A stretch of 64,000 nt of DNA, from NCBI GenBank assembly GCA_964016885.1, contig OZ024741.1:206522001-206586000 (forward strand), in the 5' to 3' direction. Made by a program: the position numbers and the translations under genes. Position 1 is the first letter of the stretch. Every line of letters begins with the position of its first letter. The notes beneath the pieces are model-generated. The model saw only the letters and a list, made by a program, of their open reading frames with translations. It made no database searches and was not told the DNA's origin. Shown piece by piece: positions 42,001 through 54,171 of this stretch. Source of the DNA: Eledone cirrhosa. Lineage: Eukaryota.

Positions 42001-44070
42001 TCAGGAAAAACTAGAATAAGGGGGACGAACTAAGCAACTTTAGGCCCATAACTCTGCTCAATACAGAGTTAAACATTTTGGCCAAGGTATTGGCAACGAG
42101 GTTGGCGCTTGTCGTCGAGAACCTGGTAGGGAAAGCGCTAACATGTGCAATCCCGACCAGGTCCATACACGACAACCTCCACCTCAGGCGATACAACATA
42201 GAGAGGGTGGTGTGTAAACACGGCTTTGGTGGGGCTCTGATCAGTTTAGATCAGTCTAAGGCGTTCGATAGGGTCGACCATCGATATTTGGAAGTGGTTC
42301 TCAAGGCGGCTGGTTTCGGACCCGTCTTCAGAAGCTGGATTGCTGGAATGCACACCACCATCTGCTCGATAGTCAGGTGAACGGCTACCTATCGGAGCCG
42401 TTCGCAATCAGGTGTTCCATCCGACAGGAATGCCCTCTCTCCTCCATTCTGTACGTACTGACTCTAGAGCCACTACTGCGGAAGCTGGAGCTGCGGCAGG
42501 GCATTCCCTTGGAACCGGGATTGCGGAAAATTGCGTCGGCTTGTGCCGACGACGTGGCGGTGATGGCGTCGGAAGCCTCCGAAATTGGGGTGAACGGCAG
42601 CTTACTGCAGGAATACGAAAGGCTCACAGGAGCAAATCTGAACCCGGACGTGGAGAGGCAAACCGATGCCGTCCGACAGCGTCGTCGGACGCTGGACGGA
42701 TGGACCGGTGAAATTGCTCGGGTCTGGTTCGATCCTGACGTCCAGGTGGAGAAAAACTGGAACGAGGTCACGGCCAAGATGTCTGTGCTCACCCAGAAAT
42801 GGGCAGATTGCAAACTATCATTGAAAGGTCGAGCGGAGGTGGCGAACACTTTCATAGCGTCCGCCATCTATTACCGCTTGACTGTCGTACCTTGTCCCCG
42901 TGAACACCTCACCAAGATGGAACGCATGCTCTTCCAGTTCCTTTGGTTCCACTGGTGAGGAGATCCGTCTGCTGTCAGCGCCCTTCCAACGGAGGGCTGG
43001 GAATGCCGTGGCTGATGATGCGCAAGCATGCGCTGAGGCTATGGCATCTTCAGGTAATCCTCACCGACCCCCAATCGGTGTGGGCACCGTTTGTGAGACA
43101 GGCCTTCCCGCAACTTGTCTCGCTGACGGAGCTGCAGTCCTGGGTCAAGCGAAGACCGAAGAAGCTAGGCGCCTGGCACATTGAATGCGCTCAGGCGCTC
43201 ACAGTCCTCTGTCAAGCTGGCACGGTAATCAGTGGAGACTCCACTTCGACATTCTATAGAGGGTTAGTACGTCACAAGGGCGACGACGTGCTCGGAGAGA
43301 CTCTAGACGTCGAAGACGACGAACTCACCAGTCCGTTTGGTAGGACTTTAGCCTGGGACCCATGGACAACTTCCAGAGGTCCCTGGCCTGGCAGTGTTAC
43401 CGAGGAGCTTTACCAGTTCGTGACAAGATCTACAGGCATCGACGTGTGGGATACTTCCAAGAGGACGTGTCCAAGATGCGCGCAGGACATTGAAACTGTC
43501 CTGCACGCAATTGTACACTGCCCAGGCGAAACCGACCTGTGGAAGTACGCGTAACAACTGCTGTCATGTATGGGACAAATCCAGTTGGCTGCCGAGTCCA
43601 TAGTAAGTATCAAACCGCCAACTTCTTTCAAAAACGAAAGAGAGGCGGTTTTCCTCTGTATAGTGGTTATGGTGAAAGAGGTTATATGGTGGACGAGATT
43701 GAGAGGACTGAGGACAGATGCCTTTCTCTCTGGACAACAATTGATTCCCTTCTTTAAGTATCACTTTAGAAGGAGAATCAGAGTGGAGAGAGAGGCACTG
43801 CACCCCAGTAAATTTACTGAAAGGTGGGTGAATGAAGCGAAAATGGCCCGAGTGATTGGGCCTTCTCTGTTTATAAGCCTGTAGGTTGAGGAAGAGAGCA
43901 AAGGGAAGAAAAGGGCACTTGCACAACACGCTCCTGGAGTTGAGGGAATTCGATTGTTGTAATTGTTGTAATTGTTTGTTTTTATATTTTTTACACGACT
44001 GTATGTAACATCCCCGGCATGTCTTTGTATTGTCCCCTTTTGTTGTTGCGCCCTTGTGGCTAATAGAGAA
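39002..44070 (+). mobile_element. L1/Tx1-clade LINE (copy 2), more decayed, with internal deletions
   Basis: ORF1 remnants 39191-40834; ORF2 remnants 40877-43884 (GDWN, LDQSKAFDRVDH, CADD, CPRC..ET..H...HC); about 390 bp missing near 41951 relative to copy 1; (TATC)n on both sides. Confidence 0.9.
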
Positions 44071-44083
44071 ATCTATCTGTCTG

Positions 44084-44134
<51 letters not shown>

Positions 44135-44157
44135 CTCTGTCTGTCCCCCCTTTCTCT

Positions 44158-44188
<31 letters not shown>

Positions 44189-44413
44189 AACAATTAAGTA
44201 AAAAATGTACATCTACATATGCATACTGAAATACTAGTGTGTATATGAATACACACACGTATACATATGTAGGTGTACCAAGTCTTTCACTGGTCGCTTT
44301 ACAGTGAGCGGCCCAGCTATTCTGTATGTAAACACACAGACAAACCGGTTTTTAGAGTCATACTGGTTTTTTGGGGAACACCTTCCCCCTATTCTCCAGA
44401 AAGCCAGACAAGG

Positions 44414-44458
44414 AATATTGAACTAGTTTCGTTGTTGTTACAACTCATCAGCAATATT
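44414..44458 (-). ncRNA. Minimal hammerhead ribozyme, unit 1
   Basis: aatattg-CTGATGA-gttgt-aaca-acaac-GAAA-cta-GTT^caatatt; palindromic AACTAGTT in stem III. Confidence 0.88.
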
Positions 44459-44880
44459 TACCTATCTACCGGCCTTTCTGGAGAATTGTAAAAGCACATA
44501 TCGTTATATGCTTTTTCTATGAAAATTAGTAGTGGGCAGACTAATTTGCATAGAGTGTGAGTACGCACCGGTTCAGCGGAGACGATAAAAACAAATAACG
44601 AAACGAAATTAAATTTCGTTTCGTTTGTAACTCACTTTTGTATGACTGACGCTTAAACAATTAAGTTAAAAATGTACATCTACATATGCATACTGAAATA
44701 CTAGTGTGTATATGAATACACACACGTATACATATGTAGGTGTACCAAGTCTTTCACTGGTCGCTTTACAGTGAGCGGCCCAGCTATTCTGTATGTAAAC
44801 ACACAGACAAACCGGTTTTTAGAGTCATACTGGTTTTTGGGGGAACACCTTCCCACTATTCTCCAGAAAGCCAGACAAGG

Positions 44881-44925
44881 AATATTGAACTAGTTTCGTT
44901 GTTGTTACAACTCATCAGCAATATT
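44881..44925 (-). ncRNA. Minimal hammerhead ribozyme, unit 2
   Basis: Identical to 44414-44458, offset by exactly 467 bp. Confidence 0.88.
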
Positions 44926-45263
44926 TACCTATCTACCGGCCTTTCTGGAGAATTGTAAAAGCACATATCGTTATATGCTTTTTCTATTCTGGAGAATAGG
45001 GGGAAGGTGTTCCCCCCCAAACCAGTATGACTCTAAAAACCGGTTTGTCTGTGTGTTTACATACAGAATAGCTGGGCCGCTCACTGTAAAGCGACCAGTG
45101 AAAGACTTGGTACACCTACATATGTATACGTGTGTGTATTCATATACACACTAGTATTTGAGTATGCATATGTAGATGTACATTTTTAACTTAATTGTTT
45201 AAGCGTCAGTCATACAAAAGTGAGTTACAAACGAAACGAAATTTAATTTCGTTTCGTTATTTG

Positions 45264-45337
<74 letters not shown>

Positions 45338-45409
45338 TTTGCTTACGCATTCAGAATGTTAATAGCAGTTGAATCATATAAATGTCATGGATGTATGTAT
45401 GTATCTATG

Positions 45410-45830
45410 TCGGGTCGCTCTTGAGTGCTACTGGTAACATGTAACCCAGTACAACCTGTCACATGGTCAGGTCGTCGGCGACTAAACCGGCAACCCCACG
45501 AAATTTACTTGATGAGGCGGGGTGATTTGGGACACCCTGCAGGACAAAAAACAAAACCTGACAAAGGCCGGAAGAACTCATAAGGGTCAACGGCCATCCA
45601 AATGTGTGTAAATATGAAGATATACATGTACATATGTATGTACATGTATATTTCTATATGCATGGGTGCATGTGTATGTATATGCGCGGGGACATAGAAA
45701 TAGTCGGGCTGGACACCCGAACGCGTGGTTAAACCACTGGGAGTAAAGGATCCTTAGCCTTTGTCAGGAGATTCTTCTATGAGAAGGCAACTCAGGAAAC
45801 TGGGATAACTCCGATATAAAACCTGCAGCT
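45410..45830. mobile_element. Short GC-richer interspersed-repeat fragments, possibly RTE-type UTR pieces
   Basis: Two unique blocks between (TATG)n tracts; atgagaaggcaactc...ataaaacc resembles RTE 5' UTR sequence. Confidence 0.3.
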
Positions 45831-45976
45831 CAGTAGTTACCAATGATGTTGATCTTTTCTTCTTTTCGGGTTATAGCTCCTGTCGCACAGGCATTGCACG
45901 ATAGAATTAATTGATAATTATTAATTATGGTATATCGTGTAATGGACATACTCGATAACGAGGGGGCAGCCATCTT

Positions 45977-46166
45977 GTATGTATGTATGTATGTATGTAT
46001 GTATGTATGTATGTATGTATGTATGTATGTGTATACGTATGTATGCATGTATGTATGTACGTACGTATGTATGTACGTATGTATGTATGTATGTATGTAT
46101 GTATGTATGTATGTATGTATGTATGTATGTATGTATGTATGTATGTATGTAGGTGTGTATGTATGT
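45977..46166. repeat. (TATG)n microsatellite
   Basis: Direct reading. Confidence 0.95.
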
Positions 46167-46521
46167 AAATTTATGTAAAATGTCTTTTCTGTACACTTAA
46201 CTAAACTAAAAGCAGTTTTGTTTGTTTTCCTGCCTGGAAAGTAAATGGCTAAATATTTTACAAAGCACCGTTGTAAATCGGTTGTTATATTATTATTGTG
46301 TTTATTTTCGTTGAAAATCTTCTAAATTCGTCCATTGCCAATCAAAATGGTTCGTTCCTGGGATTGCTGTTTCTTTGTAAACAAAACATAATTGACAGGT
46401 TTTCAAGCAAGAACATATAAAACGATAGGTAATAAAAGGAAATCAATCCATTTGCGGCTAGAAATTCTTATTTCCCTTTGAAATCCTCGCCAGTTTTCTC
46501 TCTCTCACTCTCTCCTCTCTC

Positions 46522-46623
<102 letters not shown>

Positions 46624-47019
46624 CATGAGAGAGAGAGAGAGTGGGAGAGAGGGAGAGTGCGGGAGAGACAGAGAGAGACATATATATATATATGTCTCTC
46701 TCTGTCTCTCCCGCTCTCTCCCTCTCTCTCTCATACACATACGCACACTCACACAGACACTCACACACGCGCGCACGCACACACACATAAGCACACATAC
46801 ATACACATACATACATACACACACATACGTTTTTTCTTTTAAATGAGAACGAACTGTTAAACAACAAATGTTGGTCATTAAAAGTAACGTATATCGTGAT
46901 ACATCAAATTCGTGGCAGTATGCCATTGTATCAAATTTGTTAACAATAGCTTTTAGTTACTTCATGTACACACACACAGACACACACACGCACACATACA
47001 CAGATGCACACACACACGC

Positions 47020-47098
<79 letters not shown>

Positions 47099-47745
47099 TG
47101 TAGGAGTGCTAACATGCCGCTGGTCCGAATTCTCCCGTTGGAATCCTGAAAGGTAAATCATGTCAAAAGGTGGAGTTATTAGAGAGGAGAGAAGTGATTT
47201 ATGCTGTGTACTAGACGTTAGTTGGAGCGACACCTAAGCAAGACTACTCACAGACAAACAAAATAGATGCAAACTTTAATGAGTAGGAAATGACGATATG
47301 TTAGGAGCTATAGGCATTTTACTAGCTGAGAAATGAATAGCTAAGGGAACGGAGATAGTGAGAGTAAGGGACAGAATTATCATGCTTAGAATGGCTGTAG
47401 GAAATAGAATTGTGACAATTACATTTAGGACTGAGTAAAGAACAAAAGGATCAGTTCTATATGATACTTTTACAGACAACTTCAGTTACTGATGAAAGAG
47501 ACCTCATCATCCTCACAGACTTCAATGGATATGTGGGGCAGTACCAGGATGGTTTCAGTGGAGTTAATGGCTGCTATGGTTATGGCTCAAAGCATGAAGG
47601 GGGATGAGGCTTCTGGAATTCTGTGACGCAAATCATTTGCAAGACAAATTTCAGGAAGCCAGCTAACCATTCTGAACTCAGTCAAGCGAACACACAAGCC
47701 AAGTTGATTACTTACTTGTAAGACAATAAGTTAAACAGACTGTAA

Positions 47746-48230
47746 TCTATATACTACTAAAACTCTGTGATTGTGTGCTTGTCTGTAATTTAATACAGCC
47801 AAAACGACGCATAATGGTAAATTACTTTGAAAGGAAGTTGCCCCTGAAATGGAATACAAATGGAATAAAGCAAGTTTCGCATAAATCGGAGCACGGGTTC
47901 CAGAGATACAGGGTTTTTCCGGCTACCTTCATAAATACAGAGAGAGAATGATAGAGAGAAAGAGATAGTGGTTGTGGGAGAGTAGATTGAAAGAGAGACA
48001 TAGAGAGAGAGGGGGTGAGAGCTGGTGGTGTTGTTGAATGAAATTATAACACACACACACACAGGCGCGCACACACACGCACACACATATAAATACACAT
48101 ATATATGGGCCTTCCATTTTAATTTTACACTGTATACATGTCTGTGTATATTTTAATTATTTAAAGATTATTTTTAAGTGAAGATGATTTAAAAAAATAT
48201 ATAAGCGAACGTGACCCAACGGGTCACTGG
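47746..48230 (+). mobile_element. Non-autonomous Helitron within the RTE endonuclease region
   Basis: A|TCTATATACT...; 3' hairpin gtgacccaacgggtcac ending CTGG|T. Confidence 0.75.
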
Positions 48231-49132
48231 TGGTCTGGAAAATTCTAAGGCCTTTCCCGGGGAAGAATGCACCTCCCAGCACAAGTTAGTTATTTGTGAC
48301 ATCAGAATAAACACGAGACAAAACATGATACGCAGGAAAATATGGAGATGGAGGTTTCGGAAGCGAAAGGACCTTTTGTTTAAATATAAATTTAGAAAGA
48401 TCCGTTTTGTGGGTGTCGAGCTAGATATATATATAACGTAGAGAATAACTGGACATTCTTGCATGACAACCTTTTGAGAACAACTGGCGCGACATATGGC
48501 TGAAGTAAAGCGTCAAGCATACAGAGGGTGTCCTGGTAGAGGAACAGCTCTGTGAATAGAGTCGCTAAAGCCAAGAGAATGTTTGGAAAGACTGGAAAAA
48601 TGGGCGTAGCCGAGTCCAGTACCAGGTAGCTAAGACAGAAGCTAGACAACAAGTATACACAGCTCGGAGAGAGGCTGAAAAAAGAAAGTCTACCAATGGC
48701 CTGAGGATCATAGTCGTGGAATTTCCCGTATTGAAATGCAGTGTGTCCGTGTAAGTGGGATGTTGTTGGGGGAAAATGAGTTAGAAATGACACTGGTGCA
48801 CTTAGCACCACTGATGCTCAAAGTAAATGTTACAATGAGAGACTGATGAATATAGAGAATGAATGGGAGGGGGAGAGACTACCCCCAACTTACTCAACGA
48901 AAGGACCAACTATTGAAGTTGACAGTTATAGGGTCAAAGAAGCATGGTAAAGCTGCGGGATCGCCAGAGATAGTTGCTGAGATGATAAAAGCATCGGGAG
49001 AAGTAGGAGTCGAACTAATAAACCACATAGTCAATCATGTAATACAGGACAGAGCCATACCCAATGACTGGCACATCAATACAATCATAAATTACTACAA
49101 GATAAAGTTGATACTCTAGAAAGGAGAAACTA

Positions 49133-50143
49133 TCAGTATATATATAAAATTAAGTATGTGTGTGTGTGTGTGTCTGTGTGTCTGTGTATTACCTATTCAT
49201 CTTACGACCGATTTTCATGAAACTTTACAGCCTCATAGATTAGTTAATCATGGGGGAGTGTTTTCTATATATCAACGTATCGTATTTTTTAATTCCGGGG
49301 TCATTCTCAAGATAAAAATCGGTAAGGGGGTCAGCTTTTTTTAGGTATCGAAAAATAAGAATTTTGGCTCTAGATCCCATATTTTGACATCGATTTCATT
49401 CACGTTTTAAAGAAAAATAGAATTTATCATTGTACATCCTGTAATGGCTTTATATTTTGGATTTGTTGTTCAGGGAGGACGTGGCAGCCACTTAAATATT
49501 CAAAAATACCACTTTTAGTCTCAAATTTCCACTTTTTCGGCTCTAGCTCCCACATTAATCAACCTACTTTGTACAAATTTTACACTACGCTAGATCTGAT
49601 TATTTTACGTCTTAAAGTGGCTTTACATTTTGGATCTTTTGTTCAGGAACGGCGTGGCAGCCGCTTAAATATTCGAAAATACCACCTTTTCGCTCAAATC
49701 TCCGCTTTTTCGGCTCCCACATTTTTCAACCGATTTCGTTCAAATTAGAAACTTCGGCTCCACCTCACACATAAAACAATTTATTTGGTTCAACTGTTAT
49801 ACTACGATAGAACCTATCATTGCACATCTTATAGATGGTCAAAGGCAAAACGATGGCCACTGACGTCGTCTGAGCTTTTATTGTGTATTTGAGAATTCAT
49901 CGGTTTCCAATCAAGTAGCGTGAGGAAATTTGGCTTAGTGTTAGAGGTCATTACCTCCCTCCTCCATCATGCCCCTTATCAGTCACCCGCGTTTCTCAGT
50001 GATAGAGGTCATCACCCCCCCCCCCCACATGACCTGTGTGTGACCATAGATGAGTCATCGAGAAGCAGTCGCTAAGATCAACACTTTTTCACCAAAGCAG
50101 ATATTATTTTACCTACCCAGGCAACGCTGGGTACTACTGCTAG
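49133..50143 (+). mobile_element. Non-autonomous Helitron within the RTE RT region
   Basis: A|TC...hairpin tacccaggcaacgctgggta...CTAG|T; removing it restores aac-tat-aga-gga-ata (NYRGI); no TSD. Confidence 0.92.
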
Positions 50144-51729
50144 TAGAGGAATAACACTAATGGACCAAGTTCGGAAAGTGACGGAAAGAATTATAACTAA
50201 TTAGGGAAAGAGTTAAATTAGATGAGATGCAGTTTGGTTTCATGCCCGGGAAAAGTACTACAGTTGACCTCTTCTTAGTGAGACAACAACAAAAGAAGTT
50301 CCTAGCCAAAAATAAGCAGCCATATTTAGCTTTTGTTGATCTAGAAAAAGGCCTTAAGTGCAGAAGAATGGTTGTGAGAGCATTGCAAGCCATGTACAGG
50401 GGAGTTGTCAGTAAAGTGAAAGTAGGAAGTGAGTTTAGTGAGAAATTCAAGGTACAGGTAGGATTTCAACAAGGTTCAGTTCTTAGTTCACTGCTGTTAA
50501 TAATAGTCCTCCAGACCATAACAGAGATGTTTAAAACTGGCTGGCCATGGGAACTTCTCTGTTCAGATGATTTGGTTCTTATAACTGAATCCACAAAATA
50601 ACTAAAAAATATGTTCCGATTATGAAACAGAATTTGCAATAAAAAGGTCTGAGTGTAAACTCAGTCAAAACTAAAGTGCTAGTGAGTAGGAAAGAAGATA
50701 GGACAATGAATCCTGCAGGGAAGTGGCCCTACTCAATGTATAGAAAAGGAGTAGGCATAAATACGATGCACACAATGTAAATCTTGGGTACACAGGATAT
50801 GTAGTGGGATAACAGGTAGACCAAGAGGAAGAGAAGACTTTGTATGTAGACGATGCCCAGGGGTAATCGAGGGGAAGATAACCAGTGACGTAAACCTATT
50901 CCAGTCACAGGAAGGGTCCATTGAAGTGGTAGATAACTTCTGATATATAAGTGACTTAATCAGCAGCGGAGGAGGGTGCTCTAAGTGCATAATAACTTGA
51001 ATAAGGATAGGATGGAAAAATCTACTCCCATTGTTGACAACAAAAGGTTTCTCCCTACGTACAAAAGGATGACTGTATGACGCCTATGTGCGAAATGTGA
51101 CGTTGCATGGTAGTGAAACATGGCCTGTGACTGCAGATGGCATGCGTAGACTGAAAAGAAAGAAAGCAACCAAACCTCGTTAGATGTGTAATGTAAATGT
51201 AAGACAAAAACAGAGCTTGGACGAGCTGAGGAAGAAGCTGAGTTTTAGAGGAATCCGAAGTGGTGTGCAGGAGAGAAGACTGCGTTACTAAGGATATGTG
51301 TTGTAGACATGGATGATGATCGCTGGGTGTAGAAATGCAAGGAAATCCTAGAGGAAGGTAGCCGCAAAAAAGACCTTGGCAGAGGTTGTGAGAGCTGACT
51401 GCAAATCGCTGAGTCTCACAGACGAGATGACGAAGGAACGCGACAAGCGGAGATATTATGTGCTAAGGACCTGTCCAACGAATACAAGCGTGAGTAAACG
51501 GATGTAAAAACGATGATGATGATATATATTGGTTTAAATTATTCAAGGTATCATTTCTTACTAATAGGCGTATATTTGTATTGTTACAAATGCACCTATG
51601 TTTTGAACAGCATCTCAGTACTGTAACGCAGTACTGAAATCAGTTAATTTACAAAAAAAAACAACAACAAAAAACAACAACAACAACAAAATATATGACG
51701 AATACAATTATTAGAAAAGCATGGTAGGG

Positions 51730-52240
51730 ATTTTCTTAAGCCCAAATTGTACCATTATCAGATGAATCGCAGACAACAGATCCTTTAAAAGAACGTGTGC
51801 TGTTCTGCAATAGAATCACAACCCAAAGATTGCTGGCAATTCCACACCTAAGTGCCTGATAACTGCTCGCTTGAATGTAAGTGTATCGAAAAATCTACGG
51901 TTTATTCTGCTAAATATCATTCAGGTGACGATTCTCCAACTCCAACGACGTCCTACATCGGAACAGTTGAAAACAACTTCAAATCACGGACCTAACAGTA
52001 TAAGAAATTTATTAACACTCAAAGACATTGCTTTTTAAAACTATATCAACTTAATGAGACGTCCGACGAGCCATTCAAAATCATATAATTCATGTTAGGC
52101 TACAAGCAGAGACGTTTCACATGTAGTATACTTAACCAGTTTGTCTCCTCTTGTAACAACATTTCAACGGCTTAAATCTCAGGTCGAAGCTACTAAACTC
52201 TTGTAAACACTCTCCAAAATACATCTTTACTCTGCTATAA
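51730..52240 (+). pseudogene. Decayed PLE GIY-YIG fragment
   Basis: PDNCSLECKCIEKSTVYSAK...SYIGTVENNFKSR and terminal NSCKH. Confidence 0.75.
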
Positions 52241-53218
52241 AACAGTTCAACATATAATATTATTTGGGATTGGTAATATAACAAAGCACTGTGACATTTA
52301 CAGCCATTTTAAAGAATACTTGTCACTCCGTTTTTCTCCTCCCTCCGTATCTTCACTCAAGCAAAACCACTTTGCTTTATTTCTTTATTTAGTTGACATA
52401 TCAGAGCCTGGTTAACACCAATTCTTTTCATTCCACTACGATCAATTTTGCTGCACACTAGACTCTTTTAATATATTTAAAACTAACTTTACTAGTACAG
52501 TCTAATATATTTCGATCACTTCCTTTTTAATATCAATTGGTATATATATATATTACACATTTAAAACAATTATATATAGCAAGTTTGTGATATTCTATCA
52601 CAAATGTCTTATTGCATATTTTATCATATGTTTTGCAGCTGATAAAAAACAAAATCATTCATATCACCTTTCAACATTCCTCAGCTATTATGATTTATTC
52701 TTTACGAACATACCATTCTTTTTTTTTTCTAATACAAGTCATTCTAGCATTGTCTTGGATTCAAATGGTCTTTAGGTATTTTTTTCATATTTTAAGATTT
52801 TTCAAACACACACAGACACACGTGCACACACATACAAACACATACACAGAGACTCTCGCATACACACATGCATACACACACGTACGCTCAAATGCACACA
52901 TTCAAACGTATACAGAGAGAGCGCGAGAGAGAGAGCGAGAGCGAGAGAGAGAGAGATTGTGTGTGTGTGAGAGAGAAAGAAAAAGAGAGAAGGGAGAGAA
53001 AGAGAGAGAAAAGAAGAGTGAGGAATATGAAAATATTTGTATTAACAAGAGGACAATATTCTTAGCAGTGCCCACGTTTCTACCATCACCAGCATTACTA
53101 GAATCCTACGCAATATATTGAGCCTCTGAAATCAACGACTGATCTGAGGTCAATTAACATGCTACACCTAGCAACTGATTGCTAGAGAAATCTTACAAAA
53201 AGGAGAAAAATTATTATA

Positions 53219-54067
53219 CTTGGGGAAACTCTAGGCGTCGACGAAAATCAACTAGCCAATCTCTTCGGAAGAACTTTCGGGCCAGGGCCTATGGACAACT
53301 TCCAGAAATCTCTGGCCTGGCAGTGCTACCGAGGAGCCTTGCCAGTTCGGGATAAACTCTACAGGCATGGAGGTGCCGTCAGCCGGGCATGTCCGGGATG
53401 CGCGCAGGGCGACGAAACCGTCCTGCACGCACTCGTCCAGTGTCCGAAAATTGCTGACTTGTGGGTTTATGTCGAACACCTGCTGTCGCGTTTAGGACGG
53501 ATCCAGCTATCATCTGAGTCTATCGTGAGGATTGCCCCGCCCTCCTCCTTTAGCCGGGAAGGGCAGGCAGTTTTTATCTGTCTGGTGGCCATGGCGAAAG
53601 AGATAGTATGGTGGACACGTTTGAAAGGGCTGAAGACGAGCACTTACCTCTTCGGTGATGCTCTGATTGACTTTTTCAAATTTCATTTGAAAAGGAAAAT
53701 CAGAGTAGAGAAGGAAGTGCTCTCTTCCCAGCATTTTGTTGAAAGATGGGTGAGAGAAGCAAGAATGGCCCGAGTGAATGGGCCGACTCTGAGTATATAT
53801 CTGTAAACTAAAGGTGGAAAACTGGGAGAGGGCACTTGCCTTGGTGGTCAGGGTCATTGTGGCTTTTTACTGGGCTTTCTCCACAAATGTCCCTCCGAAG
53901 TCTCCCCCCTATTGGGGAATTTTTCATTGTTATTTTCATTGTTATTTTTGTTACATCCTCTGTTTTTGTCTTTTTACACGCAGGAATGCCCATTTGTACC
54001 GTCCTGCATTGTCCTGCACTGTCCTTAATGTCTACTTTATGTAAGCGCTTGTGGTTAATAAAGAAAT
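53219..54067 (+). mobile_element. 5'-truncated Tx1 LINE (copy 3), ORF2 C-terminus and 3' UTR
   Basis: MDNFQKSLAWQCYRGALPVR...CPGC..ETVLHALVQC...ARMARVNGP, close to copy 1; ends aataaagaaatc then (ATT)n. Confidence 0.9.
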
Positions 54068-54075
54068 CATTATTA

Positions 54076-54170
54076 TTGTTACGGCCCTTGCCATTCTGAG
54101 TTCAAATCTCAGTAATGCACTGGGATAATTGATGGCCTTGTGCCTAAAGTAGAAACAATTATTATTATTA
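54076..54170 (+). mobile_element. Internally deleted SINE copy
   Basis: B-box region gagttcaaatc joined directly to cagtaatgcactggg...agtagaaacaattatt. Confidence 0.8.
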
Positions 54171-54171
54171 T

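Larger units (their letters stand above)
44188..45270 (-). mobile_element. Non-coding PLE-pLTR / retrozyme-like element: 467-bp tandem unit plus inverted copy
   Basis: 44188-44519 repeats at 44655-44986; 44988-45268 is the reverse complement of about 44586-44867; (TA)n on both flanks; one HHR per unit. Confidence 0.85.
47100..51523 (+). mobile_element. Decayed RTE (BovB-like) LINE interrupted by two Helitrons
   Basis: APE: DFNGYVG, QVDYLLVR, GEECTSQHKLVICD; RT: KAAGSPEIVAEMIK, NYRGITL, QFGFMPGKST, LAFVDLEK, GFQQGSVLS, LLCSDDLV, LHGSETW; 3' tail ctgtccaac...aaacggatgtaaaaac(gat)n. Confidence 0.9.

Noticed and set aside
44273-44958. Duplicated 72-aa ORFs and a CRISPR-like repeat idea
   Set aside because: The ORFs are by-products of the 467-bp unit; there is no repeat-spacer structure and no cas gene
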